Numbered from the stretch's first letter, positions 36,641 through 50,706 are shown. The stretch is 64,000 nt of DNA from Octopus vulgaris (GCA_951406725.2 OX597815.1:183458001-183522000); one strand, 5' to 3'. The notes: generated by a model from the sequence alone, not told the origin. A program made the numbers and translations.

Positions 36641-37908
36641 TCCAGTTTATAATTATTCTTCATTATATGTATCCCATGTTTTGTGTTGTGTACTTGTTTG
36701 TCCCCCTCTATGTTGGGCCCACGTGGCTAATAAAGAAAAGGATGTGTCTACTTAAGGGATGACATAAAGATTTTGAAAAAATCCAATGGTGGAACGTGGT
36801 ATGTGGGGTCTCAATCGTCCCTAACTTCATCATCATCATCACAACCCATATTATATTTATTATAAATTTGCAAAAAGATCATTTATCATTCGTTGGCGAA
36901 TCTCCCCGACCCCTTATCTGTCCCCGCTGTGTTCAACCATTATGATTAATAGAAAGAAAAAAACCCAATTCCTTTAATATTCATGTACAGTTTTACTATT
37001 TAATAAATTCTAGAAAGAACGAAAAATTGTTGTCACTTGTTAATGTTTAAAAATCTATGTTAGTAGGAGTGTGTTTATAGTCTCAATAGGATGCTGGTTC
37101 AAATCTTTCATAGGGTTAACTTGCTGTTTTTTTACATTCTGATTTCAAATCAGGCCGAAAACTTTTCCTTACGACCACCCAGGTTCAATAAAATAACGAA
37201 CTCGTCAAGTACTGATATAAGTGTAAACATAATTATAATAGAAAGACTAAAGCAATCTTATTTTAATCGAATACTTTACCAATGTGTACTCTTTGCTATC
37301 TATTTGAAATGTACTAAGAATATTTTAGTTTTTGCGAGCTTTGGGGGGCTCGTAAGCCATTACATTTTTTATTGTCATACACATTTTCATTAATTCATTT
37401 TATGTACCCCACGTTTTGTGTTGTCCGTCTTCGTATTGCCCCCTCTCTTTTTTTAAGGCTATATGCCTGCAATAAAGATATAAAGAATATTTTAGTTTTA
37501 ATGTGTTACCAGCTATTACCTTAACTAAGCCTGAAATTTTGAGGGAGAGGTAGTCGACTAGGTCGACTCCATTGTTCGACTGGAACTTATTTCGTCGACC
37601 TCGAATAGATATAAGGCAAAGTCGACTAGTGGAATTTGAACTCAGAACACAAAGACAGACGAAACGCCGCTAAGCATTCTGTGCAGTGTGCTAACGATTC
37701 TGCCAGCTTGCCGCCTTAGCGATTGTAAAAATAATATAGCGCAGATGTTGTTGTGTGGTAAGAGGCTTGCTCCCTAACCACATAGTTCCGGGTTCAGTTC
37801 TACTGCGTGGCACCTTAGGCAGGTGTCTTCTACTATAGCCTCCGGCTGACCAATGCCTCGCGAGTGAGTTTGATAGAGAGAAATTGAAAGAAACCCGTCG
37901 TGTGTATA

Positions 37909-38124
37909 TATATTAGAAAAAATAAGGTACTCAGAAATCTGGATGGTTGTACATTTGCAGATTTTTATTAATATGTCACATGTTTTTATAAATTAGCGCT
38001 TGAAGATTCTACTAGAGTAGATGCAAGCGCTAATATATGATTTATAAAAACATGTGACATATTAATAAAAATCTGTAAATATAAAACCATCCAGATTTTC
38101 GAGTACCTTATTTTTTCTGATATA
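37909..38124. repeat. ~215-bp near-perfect fold-back element next to (TA)n
   Basis: Arms agaaaaaataaggtactc...catgtttttataaat and atttataaaaacatg...gagtaccttattttttct. Confidence 0.85.
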
Positions 38125-38462
38125 TAATACCTGTACATCACCTCCAAACCTTCTAATATATATATATCAGCGTGATCCCCGTGACCGACCAGGCTATCAG
38201 ACGTTGCTACACATCGCTGGTCACAATGCGCTTCGCATTGTTTTAGCCTTCAAATGACGCCACCCTGCTGGCTAAGCGAGCAGGCTAACAGAATAAAGAG
38301 TGCAAGAAAGTTCTGGAGAAATGGTACAGCAGGGATCGACATCACCCCACTGCCGGAGCCTCGTGGAGGTTTTAGGAGTTTTCACTCAATAAACACACAC
38401 AACGCCCGGTCTGGGAATCGAAACCGCGATCCTACAACCGCAAATCCGCTGGGCCATTGCGC

Positions 38463-38526
<64 letters not shown>

Positions 38527-39163
38527 TGTGTGTGTGTGCTTCTTGGTGTCTCTGTTTGACCCCCATCGCTGCTTGACAACTGATGTCAGCGTGGTTACGC
38601 TCCTGTAACTTAGCGGTTCAGCAAACGTACCAGGTTTAGCAGAAGAAGTAAGTAACGAGGTCGATTCATTCGATTAAAAGTTCTTCTCGTAGTTCATATC
38701 AGTGAAGTAATTTCCATTGAGAACATCAGCACATACTTGATGTTTTTGAAATATCGACTTTTTGTAGTTGCGTTGATGATAATACTTAAAATCTGTGTTA
38801 AATCAAATGCATTTGCTTTTTAAAAGCGATATTTACAGGACGCAAACACGGATATACACAATAAAAGACAACGCCCAAAATGTAACATCTGTTTGAGTTT
38901 ACAATGGAAATTCGATATCTGCAACCAGTACGTCAGTTTATATTTCGAGTGTTTAGTGTTTTGCTTTGTACTGGTTGCTTACATTATCTAAATACGATAT
39001 AAGTATGACAATAAAGGTAAAAATAATAAAAAGAAAAGGAAAAATAAGTATGAGAAAAATTTGAAAAAGAATTAAGCTACGAAAAATAACTCAAGTGGGC
39101 TAACGGCATGGATTTCGGAGTGTCAAGTGATGAAGTAATTTCGGTCGCAAAGTCAAATTCAAA

Positions 39164-39345
39164 ATGTTGAAATCAAAAATGCATTTCAACATTTCTACCT
39201 TCACTGTCCGAACATTAAACCCCTTAAATCAGTTGACAGAGGTTGCTGCGTCTTCTGTCAAGCAAAATATCGGTATAATTTGTATACAAGAACACCGTTT
39301 TCTAAACAGCGATCTCGAACTAAAATATCACGATGCTAGGAAATG
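39164..39345 (+). mobile_element. RTE-group LINE AP endonuclease fragment
   Basis: ISTFTVRTL...IGIICIQEHR. Confidence 0.75.
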
Positions 39346-39439
39346 GGTGTTTTTTTATTTTTTTAATCTCTGCTTCAGTATGGAAAGGCCATAACAAGTC
39401 TGCACTGGTGAATTTTAGCTGATGATATCTTGTGGTCAG

Positions 39440-39672
39440 AAGGCGGCGAGCTGGCAGAAACGTTAGCACGCTGAGCGAAATACGTAGTCGTATTTCGTCT
39501 GCCGTTACGTTCTGAGTTCAAATTCCGCCGAGGTCGACTTTGCCTTTCATCCTTTCGGGGTCGATTAAATAAGTACCAGTTACGCACTGGGGTCGATATA
39601 ATCGACTTAATTCCTTTGTCTGTCCTTGTTTGTCCTCTCTGTGTTTAGCCCCTTGTGGGTAGTAAAGAAATA
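39440..39672 (+). mobile_element. SINE family B, full length
   Basis: Head to tail intact; flanked by duplicated gatatcttgtggtcaga. Confidence 0.9.
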
Positions 39673-39877
39673 GATATCTTGTGGTCAGAGGAAACATTAA
39701 CAAACGCATAAAATGCCACGCAGTTCATGACACTGTTTGTCCATTTTTTTTTGTTAATGAATATCTAGTCTAACTGTGCTTTTGCATCATTTGGCTTTGT
39801 GAATGTCCACTGCTTGCCAGCTCGCTTTTGATATCTTTTGTTAAGACAGATGAAACCGTTTTCAGATATGACTTCAT

Positions 39878-40051
39878 ACAGGCGCAGGAGTGGCTGTGTG
39901 GTAAGTAGCTTGTTTACCAACCACATGGTTCCGGGTTCAGTCCCACTGCGTGGCACCATGGGCAAGTGTCTTCTACTATAGCCTCAGGCCAACCAAAGCC
40001 TTGTGGGTGAATTTGGTAGACGGAAACTGAAAGAAGCCCGTCGTATATATG

Positions 40052-40084
<33 letters not shown>

Positions 40085-40300
40085 CTGTGTCTGTGTTTGT
40101 CCCCTCCCAACATCGCTTGACAACCGATGCTGGTGTGTTTATGTCCCCGTTACTTAGCGGTTCATCAAAGAGACCGATAGAAAAAGTACTGGGCTTACAA
40201 AAGAATAAGACCCGGGGTCGAGTTGCTTGATTAAAGGCGGTGCTCCAGCATGGCCACAGTCAAATGACTGAAACAAGTAAAAGAGTAAAAGAGAGAGAGA
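39878..40300 (+). mobile_element. SINE family A
   Basis: Full-length copy. Confidence 0.9.
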
Positions 40301-40489
40301 GTAAATATTCTCCAATTTGATTTGTTGTTTTATAGAAGCTGCATTTGTATTCATCTTTTGCAAGGTGAGCATTCATATCTCCTTCGTCCAATTCTCCAAG
40401 ACATTATTACAAGGTTCTTGTCTCACAAGATAAGAGAGTTCATAGTAGAGCGCGACAACCTCTGCCTTATCAGAGGACATTCGTTAGAC

Positions 40490-40709
40490 CAGTGGTTTTC
40501 AACCAGGGTTCCGCGGAACCTTAGGGTTCCGCCAGTACAGTCCAGGGGTTCCGCAAGAAGTTACAAAACTGCTAAAATCGGCAGTAATTTTTAATTCTCC
40601 TGTGCAGATATGTGTGCATAAGACTATTAAATTATTGCACAGGGGTTCCTCGAGCCAGTAGAATGTTTCCTTGGGGTTCCGCTCCAGCAAAAAAGTTTGA
40701 AAAGCACTG
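40490..40709. mobile_element. hAT (Charlie-like) MITE
   Basis: TIR cagtggttttcaa / ttgaaaagcactg; perfect 8-bp TSD cgttagac. Confidence 0.9.
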
Positions 40710-40894
40710 CGTTAGACAGTAATTAAACATAAGAGTGCTGTGTGGGTTTCCGATAAAGGTTGTTATAATAAATTGGGGATGAATCTTGTCAGTACTGTTG
40801 AGCGAGCGGAGAGCGTGGGGACTGAGCAGGATTCCTAAACACCACCAGTGCAGACTTGTTATGGCCTTTCCATCAAAACGGTATAGAGGAAGAA

Positions 40895-41495
40895 AATTTC
40901 GGTGTCGCCAGAAACTATAGAATGACTACTCTCACTGCCATATCTGCCAAAGTTTACAATGTCTTGCTACTCAATCGAAAACATCTTTAGGAAAAACCTG
41001 AATGGCTTTCAAAGAAATAGATCAACATTCACCCTGAGTCTTATAATCCGAAGAGCTATTGAAGGAGTTTGAGCGAGGAAAACAGTCCCCCTTTTTGTTG
41101 ACTTTTCTTGGGTCTTTGACTAGATACACAGAAGGAAAATGACGGAAATTATTCATGCCGTTATGATGTTGTATATAAACACTCAATCTATAGTTCGTTT
41201 TCGTTCTCCAGATGGCAACACTGAGTTCTTTGACATAGGGGCCGATGTCTCCCAGGATGACACCTCGGCACTCTACTTGTTCATTGTAATTGCTGGCGTT
41301 CATCTCTGGGAACCGAAGCATGGGTCGGCAGATGCTGGTAGGCCATATCGAACCTATATAAAGCAACTGTTCGAGGACTCTGAGTGTGCTCGAGAGTACG
41401 TACCACGTGCAATGGCGGACCGGACAAAATGAAGAGAACGATTCACGGTGACCCGTGCAATAAGCACGACCTGATGATGATGATGATGATGATGG
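40895..41495 (+). mobile_element. RTE-group LINE remnant (RT fragments, 3' end with (TGA)n tail)
   Basis: NYR..TLTAISAKVYN, FVDFS, RSPDGNTEFFDI, LWEPKHG...GRP motifs; tail tgatgatga. Confidence 0.8.
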
Positions 41496-42544
41496 CGATT
41501 ACTAGGGACTCAAGAAAAGTAAGTGACTAGGAGAGACAACTTCGAGAAATTAAGAATTCATTTCAGTGAAAATTATATTTTCATGCTTTATTTGTTCTCG
41601 GAAACTATTGCACAATGAGTTCCAAATTATGGAAATTCTTATGTATTGAATGTTCAGTTTTAACGCTTTAAGTCGAGATCCGCCAGAAAAACGCATCCAA
41701 AAAGGGACTTTCAGAGAGTAAATATTCTAGAATATATAAAAAAAAGAGGTGGGGTCTGGCGTAGAGTTTTGAGTGGGGCTTGGAACAGGAAATACTGAAT
41801 GGTTTGGGGTGAGGGCGGTCAGTGTAGGCTTTTCTTCGTTGAGCCACCATTTTTGCGGGGGTCGAATCGTGAAAAAAATTGATATTGTATTTTTATTAAT
41901 TGAATTTAAGATCAGGCTGGTTGCGTACATTACAACAAGACCAGCAACAGATTTTATTGATAGGCTAAGCACGAACATTTATATTTATATAATTATCAAA
42001 TCCTCACTGTCTACAAAAATAGTAAGAATTGATTTAACAGCATTTGCTCGGCCATTTGCTATCTGAATGGAAAAAAAAAAAATATATAAAGGTCATCCGC
42101 ATATTGCTAAGATCTTTTTCTAGTTAGTCCTGCTTGAATCCCAACATCACATGACTATGATTTGGGAGCCAAACTGCTTAACTGCTGGGAAAAAGGGCAC
42201 AAAACTCAATAACATTCAAGATGCTGTTCACGGCATAGCTTTAAGCTGATTGGTCGATTTTTAGGCTGTTCACGTGAAACCTGTAATGACCCGATTGTGG
42301 CTTACTCATGTTCGGGAACTGATAGTTTCGCAGCTGCCATTCGAGTCTCTAGAGGGTGATCACGTGATAATAAGAAGAACTGAAATGGACGTATGAGATT
42401 GTCTTAAATGGAGGTCGTATGCAATTTGCTAGTTCTGAGTAACAGAAGTTGTATTTAGCAGAAAAAAGCACGAAGAAGTGAAATTATGTGTTGACAGGTG
42501 TATCTTCACCAATCGGCCAGATGGTTATCTGGTTTTTTTTTATT

Positions 42545-42763
42545 ACCCATAAGGGACTAAACATAGAGGGGACAAACAAGGACAGACAAACGGATTAAGT
42601 CGATTACATCTACCCCAGTGCGTAACTGGTACTTAATTTATCGACCCCGAATGGATGAAAGGCAAAGTCGACCTCGGCGGAATTTGAACTCAGAACCTAA
42701 CGGCAGATGAAATACGGCTACGCATTTCGCCCGGCGTGCTAACGTTTCTGCCAGCTCGCCGCT
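42545..42763 (-). mobile_element. SINE family B
   Basis: Full reverse copy. Confidence 0.88.
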
Positions 42764-43828
42764 TTAAATCAGCTGGATTTTTTGCTTGTGGGTTCCAAAG
42801 GTTTCTGTGCCAAGCAATAGCACCGGTCCAGATATGGAGATAATATATTATTGTGGGTCTTACTCGAGTTTTCAAGAGGGTCAGCAACAATTCAGAGCCG
42901 GTCCTGTCTTGAAGAAGGACACTTCTTTTCTATCTTATCTTAATGAATGCAAGATCGCCAAGAAAGATCGTCAGTGATGGTGAAGCCTAGTATTTGCCAC
43001 AATTTCAAAGGTATTAATTGCACACTGTCCAAGACTAGAACAAATGACAGTTTATAAAATTAACAACTTATTTGCTGTTAATTCCAATGGCTGACATAAA
43101 TACACAACTTCACAGTTAACGCCATCCTTCACGCCTTTCTAATCTTCTGCCTTGAAATTCAAAACGCTCCGCGCTTGCCTTGCACTGCTTTTATGAACAG
43201 ATACTTTGAAAGCATCTTTCAAATACCACAGATACCACAACAATGTAGACTCCTTTGGCTGCATTATGCTACAACGAATACACATCTCAAACTATTTTAC
43301 ACACATTTAGACACACATCAACAATACCAAAGCTAACATCTTTGAAGTTGTTACAAATGTTAAATCCTCATCATCTCTAATCTCTGAAGATGATCTCACT
43401 TATATTACATTGCTGAAAACTGCATCCTTAGATACCAGGGCTTCTCGACAAAGTAAAATAATACTTTGGCTTGTAGCACAATTTATTTTTTGTTTTGCAA
43501 GGGATTTCATATTGCAACATAAAGACAAGAAACGTATTTTTTTAATATACGAAAATACAAATCAACCTGCAACAATTTAAAAGATCACAAACGAAGGATC
43601 AAGAATGCAAATTACTTTTTATTCTGTAGTGTTTTATTCTGAGTTTACAATTTTTAAAGGTTTAATTTTCACTTCTCTTCTTTAGCTGAAAATATAAAGA
43701 ATAAATAACATTATATAAAAAAAAACAGTGTATAAGCACATGGGAAGAAGAACTAAATGAACTTCAATAGAAATAAAATGGTGGGATTTATGGTTAATCA
43801 AATTTATTCTGAGTTTAATGATCTTTAA

Positions 43829-44049
43829 CCCTTTCATTACTGTATTTCTGTTGAGATGCTCTGTGTTTCTTTCAATTACTTTAAATATTACAAAGAATTT
43901 AGTAAAATAACTTAGTTATCATTAAGCTGGTGTTAAGAACATAAATTGTGACTAAGGATTGGTGGAAGATTTTTATTCAAAACTTATGGAAACAAGACAT
44001 TTATACTACAGAGCCAGAGCCGGTTTCAGCTGGGTTGGTAACGAAAGGG
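43829..44049. mobile_element. piggyBac-like MITE
   Basis: TTAA|ccctttc...gaaaggg|TTAA; same family as 12198-12419. Confidence 0.85.
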
Positions 44050-44745
44050 TTAAAGGTTCATAAAGAATTGCAACACAGGTTATTAAAAAGCATCCACTAC
44101 ACTCTCAGAGTGGTTGGCATTAGGATTGGTGCCTGGTGCAGCCTCCTGGGTCGCCAGCCCTCAGTCAAACCGTCCAACCCATGCCAGCATGGAAAGCGGA
44201 CGTTAAACGATGATGATTTTACTGGATGTGAATGCTATTTGAGTGTAGCCGGATTATTTTAAAGAGTAAGAAAACAGAAGTTCTATTTGTGGCTAGATAA
44301 ACTGAGTCTCAGTCAGGATCCATATGATCCTTGGGGGCCCATATGATCCTGGGGGTAGGATCCATATAAGATTTTGTTGTTAATTTTTATGTGCAATAAA
44401 TCAGTTATATTTCTTCAATACACAAAATATTTCACGAGAATTTTTTATACATTTCCTACATTTCCACTTTCCATGTTTGCATGGGTTGGATCGTTTGACG
44501 TGGAGCTGGTTAGCAGAGAGCTGTCCAGACTCCGATTGTCTGTTGTGGCATTGCTTCTATGGCTGGATGCCCTTCCTAACGTCAACCACTTTACAGAGTG
44601 TACTGGGTGCTCTTTACGTGCCACCGGTGCCATAGGTAAAAATGGCTGAGAACCACTGAGCTAGATAAGCTGAGTCCTTTCATTAGCATAAAGCTAATAC
44701 TGCCTATGTAAGTTTGAATACATTTATTCACAGCACTACAGACAC

Positions 44746-44804
<59 letters not shown>

Positions 44805-45344
44805 CATACATACATACATATATACACACACACATATACATTCATACATATATACACACACACACATATATATACATACATACACACACATATATATATA
44901 TACATACATATACACACACACACACATATATATATATATTCACATATATATATACATATCTATCATCATCATTTAATATCCGCTTTCCATGCTGTCATGT
45001 GTTGGACAGTTTGACTGAGGACTGGCAAGCCAGAAGGCTGCACCAAGTTCCAATCTTATCTGGCAAGGCTTCTACAGCTGGATGTCCCTTCTAATATCAA
45101 CCACAAGAGTATAGTGGGTGCTTTTTATGTGTCACTGGCACACCGATCAGTCAGGCGGCACTGGCATTGATCACGCTTGAATGGTGCATTTTACATGCTG
45201 CCAGCATCGGAGCCAGTCAGGTAGCACTGGCAATGACCATGCTTTTTATGTGCCAACAGAACGCGTGCCAGTCAGGCGGTACTGGCATCAGTCACGACAA
45301 TGATTTCACTTGACTCAACAGGTCTTCTCAAGCACAGTTATATC

Positions 45345-45723
45345 TATACACATACATACATATATTCATTTATATGTATACATACATATATATACATACA
45401 TATATACACACATACATATATTCATTTATATGTTTACATATATACATACATATATATATACACACATACATATATTCATTTATATGTTTACATATATACA
45501 TACATATATGTATATATATATACACACACACACACACATATATATACACACATAAATATATTCATTTATATGCATACATACATACACATATTCATTTATA
45601 TGCATACATACATACACATATTCATTTATATGCATACATACATACACATATTCATTTATATGCATACATACATACACATATTCATTTATATGCATACATA
45701 CATACACATATTCATTTATATGC

Positions 45724-45784
<61 letters not shown>

Positions 45785-45830
45785 CATACATACATACATA
45801 CACACACATGTATATATATATATGCACACA
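45345..45830. repeat. Minisatellite (30-bp unit ttcatttatatgcatacatacatacacata, about 6 near-perfect copies at 45561-45740) in microsatellite context
   Basis: Direct reading. Confidence 0.9.
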
Positions 45831-46119
45831 CAACTTTTATATATAAATGAATGCGATATTTGAAAATTGTAATTGATGTCTTATGCAAGATATCCATCAA
45901 TAATTATTAAAGCTTATAATTAATATAAAATTATGTCAATATATTTGCACGTGTATTATTCTGATTATTTAGATGAGTGTTCATCTTTGGAAATGCATCA
46001 GAATTCTACATTAGAGACAGCAGTAAGCCATTTGGCTGAATATGGGATCAATATCTCTCACTTTTTTCTCTCTCTCTTCTTTCATAATGTGGTTGTTTTA
46101 TTAAGCCTTCTTTTCTAGT

Positions 46120-46722
46120 TACAACACACACATATAGATACATGCACACATGAACACACACATGTATAAACACACACATGTACACATGTGCTCATGTATA
46201 CAACCACCTATAAAGACACATGCACACACACAGATGCATGCATACATGCGCATAGGCACACACACATGTAAATACATACATGCACACATATAAATACACA
46301 AGTGCGCACATGTGCACATCCATACACACACAGACACATGCCTGCATACATATGCACATACAGATGCACACATGCTCCCACATGTAAATACACATACACA
46401 TACATATAAAGACACACAAACATGCACACATGTGCACATTCATACACACACATGCATGCACATGTATGCATATGCACATGTAGATCCACACAGACACACA
46501 CACATGTATAAACACACACACATGTGCACATGAATACACACACCCATAAAGACATACATACACACATGCCTGCATATGTGTACACATGCAGATGCACACT
46601 CATATAAATACATACACACACATGAACACCCACATATAAACACATACATGCACATATGCTTATCCATACACAGACACACACATGTAAATTCATACACACA
46701 CACACATACATTCATGCATGCA
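46120..46722. repeat. Degenerate CA/TG-rich low-complexity tract
   Basis: Direct reading. Confidence 0.85.
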
Positions 46723-47007
46723 TACCAGAAGTACTAAGCATCATAATCTCTGATTTCTCATGATAAACTGATTCATATAACATTATTAAAGCTCCACTGA
46801 AAAGTCGAGGCTACTTCTGTTGTTGGTAAAGCCTTAAATGACCCTCACATTTAAGGAATTTGTTCATATCTAAGATAGCAATGCTAATACACATGCATAT
46901 CAAAACCCTAGGCAACCTCCCCTCCGAAAGCAATAACTTATTGGCAAATGTTCAATCACTATTGCAATTCGATTTATTAGTTCACTAATAAGTTGTACTC
47001 CTCAGAG

Positions 47008-47495
47008 CAGCGAGCTGGCAGAATCGTTAGCACGCCAGGTGAAATGCTTAGCGGTATTTCATCTGCCGTTACATTCCGAGTTCAAATTCTGCTGAGGTCG
47101 ACTTTGCCTTTCATCCTTTTGGGGTCGATTAAATAAGTACCATTTACACACTGGGGTCGATATAATCGACTTGATCCCTTTGTCTGATTTTGTTTGTCCC
47201 CTCTATGTTTAGCCCCCTGTGGGCAATAAAGAAATAAATACATTCATGATTGTAGGGTGGCGAGCTGGCAGAATCGTTAGCATGCCAAGCAAACTGCCTA
47301 GTGGTATTTCATCTGCTGTTAAGTTCTGAGTTCAAATTCCGCTGTGGTCGACTTTGCCTTTCATCCTTTCAGGTTCGATTAAATAAGTACCAGTAATGCA
47401 CTGGGGTCAATGTAATCAACTTAATCCCTTTGTCTGTCCTTGTTTGTCCCCTCTATGTTTAGCCCCCATCCACTGTGGGTAATGAAGAAATAAAG
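47008..47495 (+). mobile_element. SINE family B, two tandem copies
   Basis: Two full heads and tails. Confidence 0.88.
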
Positions 47496-47796
47496 AAGTT
47501 GTGCTCCCTCCTATCTCTCCTATTGTAATTATTTTCAACTCCTTCAAATCATATCTTATTTGTTTTAGTTATTAGTATCTGTGGCAATGTTGGGTCACAT
47601 CCTTGAAGAAATATATATACATACACATATATATACAATGGGCTTCTTTCAGCTTCCATCTACCAAATCCACTCACAAGGTTTTGGTCGGCCTGAGGCTT
47701 ATAGTAGAAAACACTTACCCAAGGTGCCATGCAATAGGTCTGAACCTGGAACCATGTGGTTGGTAAGCAAGCTACATACCACACAGCCATATATAT

Positions 47797-47987
47797 ATGC
47801 ATGAAAGTATAAATATTACTAAAATAACATTAATATCTAGCAAGAATAATTCTACCAATATTGGTAGAATTATAATTCTACCAATTATAATAATACCAAT
47901 ATTGGTAGAATTATAATTCTACCAATATGGTGATTTATTCTTGCTGGATATTAATATTATTTTAGTAATATTTATATTTTCATGCAT
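47797..47987. repeat. AT-rich fold-back element with palindromic internal repeats
   Basis: Arms atgcatgaaa...gcaagaataa / ttattcttgc...tttcatgcat; core ttctaccaatattggtagaa repeated. Confidence 0.8.
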
Positions 47988-48363
47988 ATTTTTTCACTGA
48001 TCTTGGTTTTTATTATGATTGAGGCTATTAGCCGAGTAAACAGGCAGAGATGTAATGGATATTTTGTTTTTAATTTTTTTGCCCACGGTAGACTCAACTA
48101 AAGATAAACCAATCAGATTTGTGCTTACGCAAGTGATCTGAAGAGTTTGAAACTGCTATTGAGTTTTCCTTTATTCCTTTAACAGTCTCCATAGAAGTAA
48201 GACAGAATTTTTCTATAGTCATCGCCTGCGCACATCTCTGCCTGTAAATATTCAGTGAAGCTCTACATAGCTCTGTAAACTCACTGGCTGCTATTTCTAG
48301 CAATGATCATACTTCGTTTACACTTGCTTTATATATTTATATTTGTATATCATCATTTATATT

Positions 48364-48745
48364 TATTGGGTCATCCCATAAATAATGCGTTTTTTTTTAA
48401 ACTTCATTTATTTTTCAAAATTAAGATAACAAAGTTCTTTATGAATCTGAAATATACTTCATTTTCTACAACACTCTTCCCTCTATCTGGCAGACTTACA
48501 AGGCCCCTCTTCCAACTTGTCTGTGATGACCTAGTTTTTTTTGTTTGTTTTGTTTTTAAACACACACAACGCCCGGTCTGAGAATCGAAACCGCGAGTCC
48601 GCTGCCCTAACCACTAGGCCATTGCGCCTCTAGTCTACAGAATTCATATATTTTTTGTCCAAATGATTTTGAATACAGTACAATAAGTGATAATCAGATG
48701 GGGCAATGTCCAGCTAATATGGTGGGTGGGGCATCGTTTCCCACG
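48364..48745 (-). mobile_element. mariner remnant (same family as 27163-28052)
   Basis: TIR ttgggtcatcccataaataatgcg; WETMPHPPY-like 3' transposase fragment. Confidence 0.75.
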
Positions 48746-49649
48746 ATGGCAGAATTTGAACACACAACATAAAGACAGACGAAATACCTATTTCTTTACT
48801 ACCCACAAGGGACTAAACACAGAGGGGACAAACAAGGACAGACAAATGGATTAAGTCGATTATATTGACCCCAGTGCGTAACTGGTACTTATTTAATTGA
48901 CTCCGAAAGGATGAAAAGCAAAGTTGACCTCGGCGGAATTTGAACTCAGAACGTAGCAGCAGACGATATACCATTAAGCATTTCGCCTGGCGTGCTAACA
49001 TTTCTGCCAGCTTGCCGTCTGGCAGAGTCCACAAAATTGAAAATATTTGGCCTTGTATCTGGTTTGAATATTATTGGATATCAGAATGCTGTGCTTTCAA
49101 CTTCAGCAAGCCACAAGTCATGGTTTATAACCTACCCCAGTCTCAGAGTTCCTACAAATGTCATGAAAGTGGTTCTTTCTCCATAAAAAAGGGAGAAAAA
49201 AATGGTGCATAATATAATATGCAGTGAGAAGCTGTCAGTTTAACGTGACAATCTGTTGATGTTTTATGAGTATTAAGTGTGGCTGTAAAAAGTTATGGAA
49301 GAAAATTTCTATATAAAATTAGTTTTTGAAAAATGATTAATATGGCGCTTGTAAGAGTAGCAGACAAAAGAGTCTTGTGTTGCAAATGAGAAGAAATATT
49401 ATTCCCATGAGTAAGTAATGTAGACATCAACAGATTGTAATCAGGATATAAATTCATTAGCCAAACTTCTTTGACAACAATATATATAAAATGCAAAAAC
49501 TGAAAATTTTCAGCAAAATAAGCCACAGACATTAGCAAAATCTCCCTCCAAACAACACTGTTATCTTTTAAGAACATATAAAGTAGTGTAGTCTGGGATA
49601 ATTATAATCTATGTAAAAACAAAAAAGAAATAACACGAGATAATTTTTT

Positions 49650-50295
49650 TCTACTCTAGGCACAAGGCATGAAATTTTGGGGGAGGGGGCTAGTTGATTA
49701 GATTGACCCCAGTATGCGACTAATACTTAATTTATCAACCCCGAAAGGATGAAAGGCAAAGTTGACTTCGGTGGAATTTGAACTCAGAACGTAAAGACAG
49801 ACAAAATACTGCTAAGCATTTTGCCCAGCATGCTAATGATTCTGCCAGCTTGCTGCTTTTAATCTTTTCTACTCTAGGTGCAAGGCCTGAAATTTTGCAG
49901 GAGGAGACCAGTCAATTAGATCGACCCCAGTACGCAACTGGTACTTAATTTATCAACCCCAAAAGGATGAAAGGCAAAGTTGACCTCGGTGGAATTTGAA
50001 CTCAGAACGTAACGGCAGATGAAATGCTGCTAAGCATTTTGCCCAGCGTGCTAACGATTCTGCCAGCTTGCTGCCTTTAATCTTTTCTACTCTAGGTACA
50101 AGGCCTGAAATTTTGCAGGAGGGGACCAGTCAATTAGATCGACCCCGGTACGCAACTGGTACTTAATTTATCAACCCCAAAAGGATGAAAGGCAAAGTTG
50201 ACCTCGGTGGAATTTGAACTCAGAACGTAACGGCAGATGAAATGCTGCTAAGCATTTCGCCTGGAGTGCTAATGATTCTGCCAGCTTGCTACCTT
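49650..50295 (-). mobile_element. SINE family B, triple tandem array (~218-bp unit)
   Basis: ttttctactctagg unit starts near 49648, 49863 and 50081. Confidence 0.88.
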
Positions 50296-50452
50296 AATAG
50301 CTGTAGATAATTGCAACTAGAATGTCTTTCTTCTCACATCTGTTCAACTAGAGTTAAAGATCAATGATTTCCATCAGAGAATTTTCTCGATGAGTAATAT
50401 TCATACCAAAAATTTACCCAGCAGCATAAATAACAATAACAATAATATCTTA

Positions 50453-50706
50453 TGTTGTATTTAGGAATGGTCATTTTGCCAGTTTAGCCAATAAAAACAC
50501 ACGCACTATATATTTGGTGTTAATTTGCTTCAGTGTTATTTATTTTTTTACATTAATCTTAATCTTATTTCAGCAAATTAACACCAAATATATAGTGCGT
50601 GTGTTTTTATTGGCTAAACTGGCAAAATGACCATTCCTAAATACAACAACATCTGTTTCAACACACGATTTCACATCAAGAATCTTGCAAAACAAATATA
50701 TAAACG
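50453..50706. mobile_element. PLE-like fold-back fragment in the 3' UTR of the SCO-spondin-like gene
   Basis: Perfect 77-bp inverted repeat 50453-50529 / 50572-50648, overlapped and followed by ORF start MTIPKYNNICFNTRFHIKNLAKQIYKR homologous to that at about 20075. Confidence 0.75.

Noticed and set aside
43090-43520. Non-repetitive stretch with a ~70-codon open frame
   Set aside because: No recognisable motif or convincing splice sites
45561-45740. Regular 30-bp repeats resembling a CRISPR array
   Set aside because: No unique spacers, eukaryotic context, no cas genes; a minisatellite
44591-46715. Many 100-190 aa ORFs rich in YI/HT/CV
   Set aside because: Translations of stop-free (TA)/(CA)/(TG) microsatellites and minisatellites, not genes
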